Shown: one piece after another, positions 41,139 through 50,410 of the stretch
How positions within the stretch are numbered: position 1 is the first letter of the stretch
Layout of the letters: each line of letters starts with the position of its first letter
Origin: an uncultured Pseudoxanthomonas sp.
GTDB taxonomy: Bacteria > Pseudomonadota > Gammaproteobacteria > Xanthomonadales > Xanthomonadaceae
NCBI GenBank assembly: GCA_966210745.1
Contig: CBIHLJ010000004.1
Location: 3,318-67,317, forward strand
DNA length: 64,000 nucleotides
Direction: 5' to 3'
Notes under the pieces: model-generated
Told to the model about the DNA's origin: nothing
Databases searched by the model: none
Seen by the model: only the letters and a program-made list of their open reading frames with translations
Made by a program: the position numbers and the translations under genes

Positions 41139-43367
41139 ATGCAGCGGATCAAGAACCTCAAACTGACGACGAAGATGATGCTTGCGTTCGGCGCCGTGCT
41201 GGCGCTGATGCTGGTACAGGGCATCGCTGCTTTCGTCGGCCTGAACTCGTTGAACGGCGCCACCACCGAGGTGACCGGCAACGTCCTGCCCAGCGTGAAG
41301 GCCGCTGGCGACCTGCAGAACCTGATCGGCGAGTACCGCACGACCTCCTACCGGCAGCACGTGCGGGCCAGCGACGCCGTCAAGGCGGAAGCCAAGACGC
41401 TGGCCACGCAGACGGACAAGAAGATCGAGCAGTCCATCAAGGACTACGCCACGCTGATCGCCAGCCCGGACGAAAAGAAGGCCTATGACACCTTCGTCAA
41501 GGAATGGAAGGCAGCCAAGCAGTCGTACGCCGAGGTGCAGGAGATGCTGGATCTCGGCCTGCCGGACGACGCCGTGGATACCTTCATCGGCACCACGCGC
41601 GACCAGCACCGGAAGACGGTCGCAGCACTGAACACGTTGGTCAACGTGGTCGACCAGCAAGCCAAGACGGCCAGCGCCAGCGCCGACAGCACCTTCGCTG
41701 CCTCCAGCACGCTGATGGTCATCATGCTGCTGGTGGGCATCGTGGGCGGCCTGGCCCTGGCCTGGTTCTTCGCCCGCGCCATCGCCGGTGCCGTCGGCGA
41801 AGCCGTGCGCGTGGCCAATGATGTATCCGCCGGCAAGCTGGATGGCAAGATCGACACCAGCCGCCAGGACGAAGTCGGCCAGCTGCTGTCCGCCATGCAG
41901 CGCATGCAGACGCAGGTGCAGTCGGTGATTTCCGCCCAGAGCGAAATGGCCGCGCGCCACGACGAGGGCCAGATCAGCTACCGCATGGACGACAGTGCGT
42001 TCCCGGGCGAATACGGCCGCATGGTGCGCGACACCAACGCCCTGGTCGCCTCGCACCTGCAGGCCATCGGCGATGCATTGAAGATCATGCAGCGCTACTC
42101 GGTGGGCGACCTGAGCCTGGACATGCCCAAGCTGCCGGGCGAGAAGGCCAACCTGACCGAAACGATGGATGCCACCAAGGCCAACCTGTCGGCGATCAAC
42201 GGCGAGATCAAGCGCCTGGCGATGTCCGCTTCCTCCGGCGATTTCAGCCAGCGCGGCGACGTGGACAAGTACCAGTACGACTTCCGCGACATGATCGACG
42301 GCCTGAACCAGCTGATGGAAACCACCGACGGCAACCTCGCCGAGGTGTCCGAACTGCTGCAGGCCATCGCGCGTGGCGACCTGACGGCGCGCATGGAAGG
42401 CGACTTCCATGGCGTGTTCGCCAGCATGCGTGACGATGCGGATGCCACCGTGGCCCAGCTGACCGACATCGTCGGCCGCATCCAGGACGCCTCGACCAGC
42501 ATCAACACCGCCGCCGGTGAAATCGCCTCCGGCAACAGCGACCTGTCGCGCCGTACCGAGCAACAGGCGGCCAACCTGGAAGAAACCGCCGCCTCGATGG
42601 AGGAACTGACTTCCACCGTGCGCCAGAACGCCGAGTCCGCCCGCCAGGCCAACCAGTTGGCCATCGGTGCCGCAGGCGTCGCCTCACAGGGCGGCGAAGT
42701 GGTCAGCAAAGTCGTCAGCACCATGACCGACATCGAACAGTCGTCGAAGAAGATCGCCGAGATCATCTCGGTCATCGACGGCATCGCTTTCCAGACCAAC
42801 ATCCTGGCGCTCAATGCCGCGGTTGAAGCCGCACGGGCGGGCGAACAGGGCCGCGGCTTCGCGGTGGTCGCATCGGAAGTCCGCACGCTGGCCCAGCGCT
42901 CGGCCAATGCCGCCAAGGAGATCAAGGGCCTGATCGAGACCTCGGTGGACAAGGTGGCCGATGGCTCCAAGCTGGTGAACCAGGCCGGCGCGACCATGGG
43001 CGAGATCGTCGCCAGCGTGCAGCGCGTGACCGACATCATGGCCGAGATCTCGGCGGCGTCGCAGGAACAGAGCGCCGGCATCGAACAGGTCAACCAGACC
43101 ATCACCCAGATGGACGAGACCACCCAGCAGAACGCCGCACTGGTGGAAGAAGCCTCGGCCGCTGCCCGTTCGATGGAAGAGCAGGCACAGGCACTGAGCG
43201 AATCGGTGTCGGTATTCAAACTGCATGCCAACGCGGCACCGACCCCCGTGGTCGCCAAGCCGGCCAAGGCCGCATCCGCGGCCCCTGTGAAGCCCGCGCC
43301 GCGCGCCGCCGCCCCTTCGGTGCTGGAGCCCGCGCTGGCCGATGGTGACGACTGGCAGGAATTCTGA
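41139..43367 (+). CDS. MCP5 (4HB sensor, DWQEF tail)
   Basis: IKNLKLTTKMMLAF, LPSV..L, SPDEKKAYD 4HB pattern; conserved signalling domain. Confidence 0.95.
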   Translation: MQRIKNLKLTTKMMLAFGAVLALMLVQGIAAFVGLNSLNGATTEVTGNVLPSVKAAGDLQNLIGEYRTTSYRQHVRASDAVKAEAKTLATQTDKKIEQSIKDYATLIASPDEKKAYDTFVKEWKAAKQSYAEVQEMLDLGLPDDAVDTFIGTTRDQHRKTVAALNTLVNVVDQQAKTASASADSTFAASSTLMVIMLLVGIVGGLALAWFFARAIAGAVGEAVRVANDVSAGKLDGKIDTSRQDEVGQLLSAMQRMQTQVQSVISAQSEMAARHDEGQISYRMDDSAFPGEYGRMVRDTNALVASHLQAIGDALKIMQRYSVGDLSLDMPKLPGEKANLTETMDATKANLSAINGEIKRLAMSASSGDFSQRGDVDKYQYDFRDMIDGLNQLMETTDGNLAEVSELLQAIARGDLTARMEGDFHGVFASMRDDADATVAQLTDIVGRIQDASTSINTAAGEIASGNSDLSRRTEQQAANLEETAASMEELTSTVRQNAESARQANQLAIGAAGVASQGGEVVSKVVSTMTDIEQSSKKIAEIISVIDGIAFQTNILALNAAVEAARAGEQGRGFAVVASEVRTLAQRSANAAKEIKGLIETSVDKVADGSKLVNQAGATMGEIVASVQRVTDIMAEISAASQEQSAGIEQVNQTITQMDETTQQNAALVEEASAAARSMEEQAQALSESVSVFKLHANAAPTPVVAKPAKAASAAPVKPAPRAAAPSVLEPALADGDDWQEF

Positions 43368-43401
43368 GGCACGCGGTTTGCATCGCTTCCCGGCAACACG
43401 C

Positions 43402-43432
43402 CCCTTTCCCTGTCCATGCGGCAGGGAAAGGG
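43402..43432. terminator. 11-bp hairpin between MCP5 and cheR
   Basis: CCCTTTCCCTG-N9-CAGGGAAAGGG; could be an attenuator or an mRNA-stabilising stem. Confidence 0.45.
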
Positions 43433-43474
43433 CACCGCCACACCCCTAGCCTCACCCGTCCCGTCGAGAATCCG

Positions 43475-44389
43475 ATGTCCGTCAGTACCCGCTCCCCTGC
43501 CCCGGCTGCCACGACACGACGGACCCCCGCGCCGCTTCCCGCAGATGACGGTGCGGCAGGATCGGCAGGACGCGATTTCGAGTTCGACGACCGCGACTTC
43601 CGCCGTGTGGTCGACCTGATCCGCCAGCGTGCCGGCATCGCCCTGGCCGACGGCAAGCGCGACATGGTCTATGGCCGACTGTCACGCAGACTGCGCGCAT
43701 TGGGCCTGCGCAGCTTCAAGGACTACCTCGACCAGTTGGAACGGGACGGTGGAGACGAGTGGCAGGCATTCACCAATGCGCTGACCACCAACCTGACCTC
43801 GTTCTTCCGCGAGCCGCACCACTTCGAGCGGCTGCAGGAAGAACTGGCGAAGCGCCGGAACGACGGCCCGCTGAAGATCTGGTCGTGCGCCGCGTCCACC
43901 GGCGAAGAGCCTTACTCCATCGCCATCACCGCCTGCGAGGCCTATGGCACGCTGACTCCGCCGGTAAGTATCCTGGCCACGGACGTGGACACGCAGGTGC
44001 TTGCCACCGGCGAACGCGGCGTCTATCCGGTCGAGCGCATCGCCGGCCTGGACGACACCCTGAAGCGGCGCTATTTCCAGCGCGGCAGCGGCCCCAACGA
44101 GGGCAAGTGCCGCGTGCATCCGGCATTGCGCCAGCTGATCGACTTCCGCCCGCTCAACCTGCTGACCGCACGCTACGACGTGGCCGGCCCGTTCACGGCG
44201 GTGTTCTGCCGCAACGTGATGATCTATTTCGACAAGCCCACGCAGCGCGGCATCCTGGCGCGCCTGGTGCCGCATCTGGCCGACGACGGCATGCTGTACA
44301 CCGGGCACTCGGAAAACTACCTGCACGCCGCCGACATCATCCAGCCCTGCGGTCGCACGCTGTACCGTCGCGCCGGGACCGGCGCATGA
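43475..44389 (+). CDS. cheR: Chemotaxis methyltransferase CheR
   Basis: [52 protein letters not shown]. Confidence 0.97.
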   Translation: MSVSTRSPAPAATTRRTPAPLPADDGAAGSAGRDFEFDDRDFRRVVDLIRQRAGIALADGKRDMVYGRLSRRLRALGLRSFKDYLDQLERDGGDEWQAFTNALTTNLTSFFREPHHFERLQEELAKRRNDGPLKIWSCAASTGEEPYSIAITACEAYGTLTPPVSILATDVDTQVLATGERGVYPVERIAGLDDTLKRRYFQRGSGPNEGKCRVHPALRQLIDFRPLNLLTARYDVAGPFTAVFCRNVMIYFDKPTQRGILARLVPHLADDGMLYTGHSENYLHAADIIQPCGRTLYRRAGTGA

Positions 44390-44988
44390 GTTCAGCCGCC
44401 GCCTCGTTCGCCGATGGCAGCGTGATGCGCTACCACGACGCCCGCTTCAAGACCGAAGCAGCCAAGCTGCTGCCCACGCAGTACCTGGTGGTGGACAACG
44501 ACACCGCGCTGGTCACCGTGCTGGGATCGTGCGTGGCCGCCTGCATCCGCGACCCGCTGCTGAAGCTCGGCGGCATGAACCACTTCCTGCTGCCGGACGG
44601 CAACGTGGGCGACGGCGCGCCCGCGCGCTACGGCAGCTTCGCGATGGAACTGCTGATCAACGACCTGCTCAAGCGGGGTGCCGCGCGCAACCGGCTGGAG
44701 GCCAAGGTCTTCGGCGGTGCCAACGTACTGAAAGGCTTCACCAGCAATCCGGTCGGCACGCGCAACGCCGAGTTCGTCCGCAAGTACCTGGATGCCGAAC
44801 GCATTCCCGTGGTCGCCGAAGACCTGCGCGGCATCCATCCGCGCAAGGTCTGGTATTTCCCCAACACCGGCCGCGTGGTCGTGCAGCGTCTGCCGCATGC
44901 CCATGATGCCGAGGTCCTGGCCGCCGAATCCGCCGCCCGCGCCCGTCTGTCCAGGGCGCCGGTCACCGGAGGCGTGGAGCTGTTCTGA
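44386..44988 (+). CDS. cheD: Chemoreceptor glutamine deamidase CheD
   Basis: [39 protein letters not shown]; ATG overlaps the cheR stop. Confidence 0.96.
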   Translation: MSSAAASFADGSVMRYHDARFKTEAAKLLPTQYLVVDNDTALVTVLGSCVAACIRDPLLKLGGMNHFLLPDGNVGDGAPARYGSFAMELLINDLLKRGAARNRLEAKVFGGANVLKGFTSNPVGTRNAEFVRKYLDAERIPVVAEDLRGIHPRKVWYFPNTGRVVVQRLPHAHDAEVLAAESAARARLSRAPVTGGVELF

Positions 44989-46058
44989 TGAGTAGTCCTT
45001 CCCCCTGCAAGGTATTGATCGTCGATGACTCGGCGGTCGTGCGGCAGATGCTGACCGAGATCCTCTCGCGCGACCCGGGTATCGAGGTCGTCGGGTCCGC
45101 CGCCGATCCGCTGCTGGCGCGCGACAAGATCAAGCGCCTGAATCCCGACGTGATGACGCTGGACGTGGAAATGCCGCGCATGGACGGGCTGGCGTTCCTG
45201 GAGAACGTCATGCGCCTGCGGCCGATGCCGGTGGTGATGATCTCCTCGCTGACCGAGCGCGGCGCCGATACCACGCTGCAGGCGCTGGCGTTGGGCGCCG
45301 TGGATTTCGTGTCCAAGCCCAAGCTCGACGTCGCCAGCGGCCTGCAGGCGTATGCCGACGAGATCATCGCCAAGGTCAAGGCGGCGGCCAAGGCGCGCGT
45401 GCGCCCGATCGCCCGCAGCAACGGCCCACGCACCAGCCTGGACACGGTGTTGCCTTCGCCGCCCGCGTTGCGCTTCCGCACCACCGACCGCCTGATCGCC
45501 ATCGGCGCCTCCGCCGGCGGTACCGAGGCGCTGCGCGTGGTGCTGGAACAGATGCCGGCCGACGCCCCCGCCATCGTGCTCACCCAGCACATCCCGGCCG
45601 GCTTCAGCCGCGCCTTCGCGGAACGGCTGGACCGTCATTCGGCCATGGCCGTGCGCGAAGCCAGCGATGGCGAAGCCATCCTGCCCGGCCATGCCTACCT
45701 GCCCCCCGGTGGCCAGCACATGCGGGTCATCCGCGACGGTGCGCGCTGGCGCTGCCGCATCGACGACGGTCCGGCCGTGAACCGGCACAAGCCGGCGGTC
45801 GACGTGTTGTTCCGCTCCGTCGCACAGAGCGCGGGCGGCAACGCGGTCGGCGCCATCCTCACCGGCATGGGTGACGACGGCGCGCGCGGCCTTCTGGAAA
45901 TGGCCCAGGCCGGCGCGCCGACGCTGGTGCAGGACGAGGCCACCAGCGTGGTCTGGGGCATGCCCGGCGCGGCGGTGAAGCTGGGCGCGGCGAAGGATGT
46001 CGTACCGCTGGAACGCATCGCCCAGCGCCTGCTGGACCTGGCCGCGGCGATCGCCTGA
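44988..46058 (+). CDS. cheB: Chemotaxis methylesterase CheB (REC + esterase)
   Basis: [40 protein letters not shown]. Confidence 0.97.
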   Translation: MSSPSPCKVLIVDDSAVVRQMLTEILSRDPGIEVVGSAADPLLARDKIKRLNPDVMTLDVEMPRMDGLAFLENVMRLRPMPVVMISSLTERGADTTLQALALGAVDFVSKPKLDVASGLQAYADEIIAKVKAAAKARVRPIARSNGPRTSLDTVLPSPPALRFRTTDRLIAIGASAGGTEALRVVLEQMPADAPAIVLTQHIPAGFSRAFAERLDRHSAMAVREASDGEAILPGHAYLPPGGQHMRVIRDGARWRCRIDDGPAVNRHKPAVDVLFRSVAQSAGGNAVGAILTGMGDDGARGLLEMAQAGAPTLVQDEATSVVWGMPGAAVKLGAAKDVVPLERIAQRLLDLAAAIA

Positions 46059-46073
46059 GGCGCTGGCGCCCTT

Positions 46074-46216
46074 GTAGGAGCGACGTAAGTCGCGACCGCA
46101 CGGCCCGACGCTGCCCTCACTCGCGACACAGGCAAGGTGATGTGGTGGGCAAGGATCCTATTCCGTCAATGCCAACCGCCTCTCCCTCGCGCGGTCGCGA
46201 CTCACGTCGCTCCTAC
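46074..46216. repeat. REP doublet, GTAGGAGCGACGTAAGTCGCGA family
   Basis: 46074-46095 and inverted copy 46195-46216. Confidence 0.85.
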
Positions 46217-46274
46217 AGGGGCGCTACGACGGTCACAGATCATCCGCAATCCAGAAACCCGCGGACTTCCCGCC

Positions 46275-46301
46275 TAAAGAGCCGAACCCCACGGCCGATA
46301 C
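46275..46301 (+). promoter_or_regulatory. Sigma28 promoter of MCP6
   Basis: TAAA-N15-GCCGATAC. Confidence 0.8.
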
Positions 46302-46330
46302 TCAACAGTGAGCTTCATCAGAGAGCATCC

Positions 46331-47521
46331 ATGTACTCGCGCATCCTGGTTCGTCTTGCGGCACCCCTCATCCTCACCCTGCTGTTCCCGCTGTCGGTCG
46401 CCTTCGACTGGCCGAACGCGCTGCAGTGGGCCCTGCTGACCTCGCTGACGCTGGCCTGGCTGATCTTCGCCTGGCTGACGGTCACCAACTCGCACCAGAT
46501 TTCGCCCGAGCACGCCAGCGTCGTACGCGAGCAGGACGCCCTGCTGACCGAGCTGCGCCGTTTCGTCAACAACGAGATCGAAGGCTCGCGCAGCGAGATC
46601 GACCGCGCCCGCGAACTGATCCGCGAGGCGGTCAGCAACCTCGGTGGCAGTTTCGATGCGATGAACCGCAAGTCGCGCGAGCAGAGCGCGGCGATCTCCC
46701 GCATCATCGATCGCAACGGCGACGGCGACCGTGCCGGCGTGGACGTGGCGCGCTTCGCCCAGAATGCCAGCCAGCGCATGGAACAGCTGGTCGAGGCGCT
46801 GGAGCAGGTCGCGGGCCAGAGTGGCACCACCGTGCACCACATCGACGACATGGCGCAGCACCTGGACGGCATCTTCTCGCTGCTGGAAGACGTGAAGTCC
46901 ATCGCCGACCAGACCAACCTGCTGGCACTGAACGCCGCCATCGAAGCCGCCCGTGCCGGTGAAGCCGGTCGCGGTTTCGCGGTGGTCGCCGACGAAGTGC
47001 GCAACCTGTCCGAGCGCTCCACGGCCTTCAACGAACAGATCCGCAAGCTGGCACACAGCTCGAAGGAATCCATCGCCAAGGTCCGCGATACCGTGTCGAA
47101 CATGGCGTCCCGCGACCTGGACCGTTCACGGGAGGCCCGCAGCGAAGCCGCCGGCATGCTGAACCAGGTGGCCGCGATCAACGCCTCGCTCGGCGACGGT
47201 ATGCGCGAGGTCTCGATGTGCGGCCATGCCATCGACGCCAGCGTGGCCGATGCCGTCCGTTCGCTGCAGTTCGAGGACATCGCCACCCAGTCGCTGGGCA
47301 GTGCCAACACCCACCTCGACCGCCTGACCGCGATCAACAAGGAAGCCCTCGCCCTGCAGGAACTCCTGCACCGCTCCGGCGGCGCAACCGACAACGAACT
47401 GCTCAGCGCGCTGCGCCTGATCGGCAACCGCCTGCGCGATCAGCGTACCGAGTGGGAGCGCCCGCCGCACAAGCCCGTCGCGCAGCAGAACATGGGTGCC
47501 GGCACGGTGGAACTGTTCTGA
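46331..47521 (+). CDS. MCP6: MCP-like protein with N-terminal TM hairpin, no periplasmic sensor, VELF tail (McpA/CttP-like)
   Basis: [44 protein letters not shown]-terminal [10 protein letters not shown]; ATG 46331 downstream of its promoter. Confidence 0.88.
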   Translation: MYSRILVRLAAPLILTLLFPLSVAFDWPNALQWALLTSLTLAWLIFAWLTVTNSHQISPEHASVVREQDALLTELRRFVNNEIEGSRSEIDRARELIREAVSNLGGSFDAMNRKSREQSAAISRIIDRNGDGDRAGVDVARFAQNASQRMEQLVEALEQVAGQSGTTVHHIDDMAQHLDGIFSLLEDVKSIADQTNLLALNAAIEAARAGEAGRGFAVVADEVRNLSERSTAFNEQIRKLAHSSKESIAKVRDTVSNMASRDLDRSREARSEAAGMLNQVAAINASLGDGMREVSMCGHAIDASVADAVRSLQFEDIATQSLGSANTHLDRLTAINKEALALQELLHRSGGATDNELLSALRLIGNRLRDQRTEWERPPHKPVAQQNMGAGTVELF

Positions 47522-47551
47522 CGGCGACAGCATCCACACGCAACTGAATCC

Positions 47552-47584
47552 CGACGGGGCGACCAGGATCTGGTCGCCCCGTCG
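47552..47584 (+). terminator. 14-bp hairpin after MCP6
   Basis: CGACGGGGCGACCA-GGATC-TGGTCGCCCCGTCG. Confidence 0.6.
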
Positions 47585-47657
47585 CGTTTCTGCCGGCGGT
47601 ACACCCGGCCGCGAATCGCCACTGGCATACTGCAGCCTGGTTGCCCCGCCGCAGACG

Positions 47658-48299
47658 ATGTCGAACCCGCCCTCTTCCCCGCTGCTGTTGCAGTTGTTCC
47701 GGCTGCAGGAAGCCGAGCGCCTCCAGGTGGGACGCGCCCTGCACAATCAGGTCGGGCAGGCACTGTCGGCGATCAAGATGGGCGTGCACCTGGTGCAGTC
47801 CGAGGACGATCCGGCACAGCAGCAGGAAGACCTGCAGGACATCATCCGCACTTGCGACGAGACCGTCGCGATCCTGCGCGACCTGCATGCCACGCTGCAC
47901 CCGCCCCAACTGGAAGCGATCGGGCTGGAGGCCGCGTTGCGCGCCGAGCATGAACGCGTGTTTCCCGGAGCCACGGTGGCGCTCGCCCCGTTGCCGTGCA
48001 TGCCTGCGACCGACACAGCGCTAGTGGCGTTCCGGATCGCGCAGGTCGCCATGCGTGCGGTGGCGGGTGCGGGAGGCCGGCTGGCGCTGGAGCTGGCCGG
48101 CGACGCCGATGCCGAGGGCGGACTCGCCGTCACTCTGGATGCCGATGTCGACGCGGCATGCACCGAACTGCCGCTGCTGCAGGCCCTGGCCGCGACGCTT
48201 GGCGGCGGGCTGGAATCCAGCAGCGGCGGGCGCGGCAGCCGATGGCAACTTCGCCTACCCTATGCGCCTGCACCCGTGACGCCCACCGACACCGCTTGA
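47658..48299 (+). CDS. Degenerate HisKA_3-type histidine-kinase-like protein without an input domain
   Basis: ERLQVGRALHNQVGQAL H-box, LHPPQLEAIGL; catalytic domain lacks the N-box Asn (AQVAMRA) and the G1 DxGxG motif (DADVD). Confidence 0.7.
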   Translation: MSNPPSSPLLLQLFRLQEAERLQVGRALHNQVGQALSAIKMGVHLVQSEDDPAQQQEDLQDIIRTCDETVAILRDLHATLHPPQLEAIGLEAALRAEHERVFPGATVALAPLPCMPATDTALVAFRIAQVAMRAVAGAGGRLALELAGDADAEGGLAVTLDADVDAACTELPLLQALAATLGGGLESSSGGRGSRWQLRLPYAPAPVTPTDTA

Positions 48300-50011
48300 A
48301 CACCGAGCACGCCCACCTGCCCCGCCTGCCCCGCCTCGGCGCTGGCGAACCCGACCTGCAGCGGATGGTCGACACCGCGAATGCGGACGGTACGCCGTTG
48401 ATGCTGCTGTACCTGGACATCGACCACTTCCGCTCGATCAACGAGAACATGGGCGTGGAAGTCGGCGATGAAGCGCTGGCGATCCTCAGCGACCGGCTGC
48501 AGCGGTCACTCGGCCCGGAAGCACGCGCCTGGCGCCATGGCAGCGACGAGTTCATCGTGGCGGTGCCGCGCCTGCCGGGCACCTTGCCGCCGGAGCGCTT
48601 CGGCGACGCCTTGCGCGAGCAGATCGAGCTGCCGATGACGGTGCTGCCGTACACGCTGTTCCTGACCGGCACGCTGGGCATCGCGCTGTGCCCGGAGCAT
48701 GCGGACACTGCGTCCGGCCTGCTGCAGTGCGCCGAAAGCGCGATGGAACAGGCCAAGCACGAGGGCATGAACCTGGTGCGCCTGTATCGCCGCGGCGCCG
48801 CGATCACCGCGCGCAGCGACAGCATCATCGCCCGCCAGATCGTCAACGCCATCCAACACAACGAACTGCGCCTGTTCTACCAGCCGCAGATCAACGCCCA
48901 CGACGGCCGCGTGGTGGGCATGGAAACGCTGCTGCGCTGGTACTCGCCCGCGCTCGGCCTGCTGGTGCCGGAACGCTTCATGCACGTGGCCGAGAAGCTG
49001 GGCGTCATCGTGCAGATCGGCGACTGGGTGCTGCGCAATGCCTTCAAGCAGGCACGCGTCTGGCGCGACTGGGGCTTCGACGATTTCGAGATCGCGGTGA
49101 ACGTGTCGACGCTGCAGCTGCTGCGCCCCAGCTTCGTGTCGGAGGTGCTCGAGGCCATGCAGGAGGCCGGCATCCCGCCGCAGATGGTGGTGCTGGAAGT
49201 ACGCCAGAACGCGCTGGCCAAGGACATGAACCTGGTCCACCGCACGCTGGCGCAACTGCACCACGAAGGCGTGCGGCTGACGCTGGACGATTTCGGCATG
49301 GGCGATTCCAACCTGGACTCGCTGGTCCGCTTCTCGGTGGACAAGATCAAGATCGACCGCAACTTCGTGAAGGGCGTGCCGTCCGGCAACCGCGAGGTGG
49401 CCATCACCTGCGCCATCATCGCCATGGGCCACCAGCTGGGCATGAAGGTGATCGCGCACGGCGTGGAGACCGACGTGCAGCTGGGGTTCCTGCGCAGGAA
49501 CCAGTGCGACATGTTCCAGGGGCACCTGTTCGGCGAACCGATGTCGGCCGAAGATGCCGGCGCGGTATTGCGCCGCCGCTACCTGCGCGCAGATGCCTTC
49601 GCCGCCACCAAGCCCGATCGCACCCTGCTGCTGCTGGACGACGAAGAGAACATCCTGCGTTCGCTGGTGCGCCTGTTCCGCCGCGACGGTTACCGCATCC
49701 TGGCCGCCAGCAACGTCACCGATGCATTCGAACTGCTGGCGACCAACGATGTGCAGGTGATCCTGTCCGACCAGCGCATGTCGGACATGAGCGGCACCGA
49801 GTTCCTGGGCCGCGTGCGCATGCTGTATCCGGACACGATACGCCTGGTGCTGTCGGGGTACACCGACCTGGCCACGGTGACCGAGGCGATCAACCGCGGC
49901 GAAATCTACCGCTTCCTGACCAAACCGTGGAACGACGACGACCTGCGCGAACACATCCGCCAGGCATTCACCACCTACGAGCACCAGCCGCACCACCGCG
50001 CGCATGCCTGA
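48296..50011 (+). CDS. GGDEF(GSDEF)-EAL(ETL)-REC protein, RavR/PdeR-like
   Basis: [32 protein letters not shown]-terminal REC (LDDEE, SDQRM, LSG, KPW); TTG start overlaps the upstream stop. Confidence 0.88.
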   Translation: MNTEHAHLPRLPRLGAGEPDLQRMVDTANADGTPLMLLYLDIDHFRSINENMGVEVGDEALAILSDRLQRSLGPEARAWRHGSDEFIVAVPRLPGTLPPERFGDALREQIELPMTVLPYTLFLTGTLGIALCPEHADTASGLLQCAESAMEQAKHEGMNLVRLYRRGAAITARSDSIIARQIVNAIQHNELRLFYQPQINAHDGRVVGMETLLRWYSPALGLLVPERFMHVAEKLGVIVQIGDWVLRNAFKQARVWRDWGFDDFEIAVNVSTLQLLRPSFVSEVLEAMQEAGIPPQMVVLEVRQNALAKDMNLVHRTLAQLHHEGVRLTLDDFGMGDSNLDSLVRFSVDKIKIDRNFVKGVPSGNREVAITCAIIAMGHQLGMKVIAHGVETDVQLGFLRRNQCDMFQGHLFGEPMSAEDAGAVLRRRYLRADAFAATKPDRTLLLLDDEENILRSLVRLFRRDGYRILAASNVTDAFELLATNDVQVILSDQRMSDMSGTEFLGRVRMLYPDTIRLVLSGYTDLATVTEAINRGEIYRFLTKPWNDDDLREHIRQAFTTYEHQPHHRAHA

Positions 50012-50291
50012 GATCCGCAGCGGAACGCAGGACGGCTGGTGCGTGTACCTGCTGGAGTGCCGCAACGGCGCGTACTACGCCGGCATCACCAACCGGCTGG
50101 ACGCGCGCTACGCCGCGCATGTCGCCGGGACCGGCGCCAAGTACACGCGGGCGAATCCGCCGGTAACCCTGCTCGCCAGCCGCAGCTATCCAGATCGCAG
50201 CGCGGCATCCCGCGCGGAAGCACAGCTCAAGCGGCTGCCACGGGCGAAGAAGCTGGCGTTCTTCGATTCGCCCTCTGTAAGAGCGACGTAA
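50004..50291 (+). CDS. GIY-YIG nuclease family protein (YhbQ/UPF0213-like)
   Basis: [15 protein letters not shown]...[14 protein letters not shown]. Confidence 0.88.
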   Translation: MPEIRSGTQDGWCVYLLECRNGAYYAGITNRLDARYAAHVAGTGAKYTRANPPVTLLASRSYPDRSAASRAEAQLKRLPRAKKLAFFDSPSVRAT

Positions 50292-50391
50292 GTCGCGACC
50301 GCGGAAATCAAACAATCTACGAATGGTTCATCGCACGAACCCACGCTCGCGACCACCGCATTGTTCCGGTCGCGACTTACGTCGCTCCTAC
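50277..50391. repeat. REP doublet of the same family; supplies the stop codon of the GIY-YIG gene
   Basis: GTAAGAGCGACGTAAGTCGCGA at 50277-50298 and inverted copy 50370-50391. Confidence 0.85.
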
Positions 50392-50410
50392 AGTGATACG
50401 CGTTAATCGC

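Noticed and set aside
19668-43367. Repeated long DNA blocks as a possible CRISPR array, IS copies or whole-gene tandem duplication
   Set aside because: They are the conserved halves of MCP genes with distinct 5' sensor regions; there is no repeat-spacer periodicity, cas gene, terminal inverted repeat or transposase
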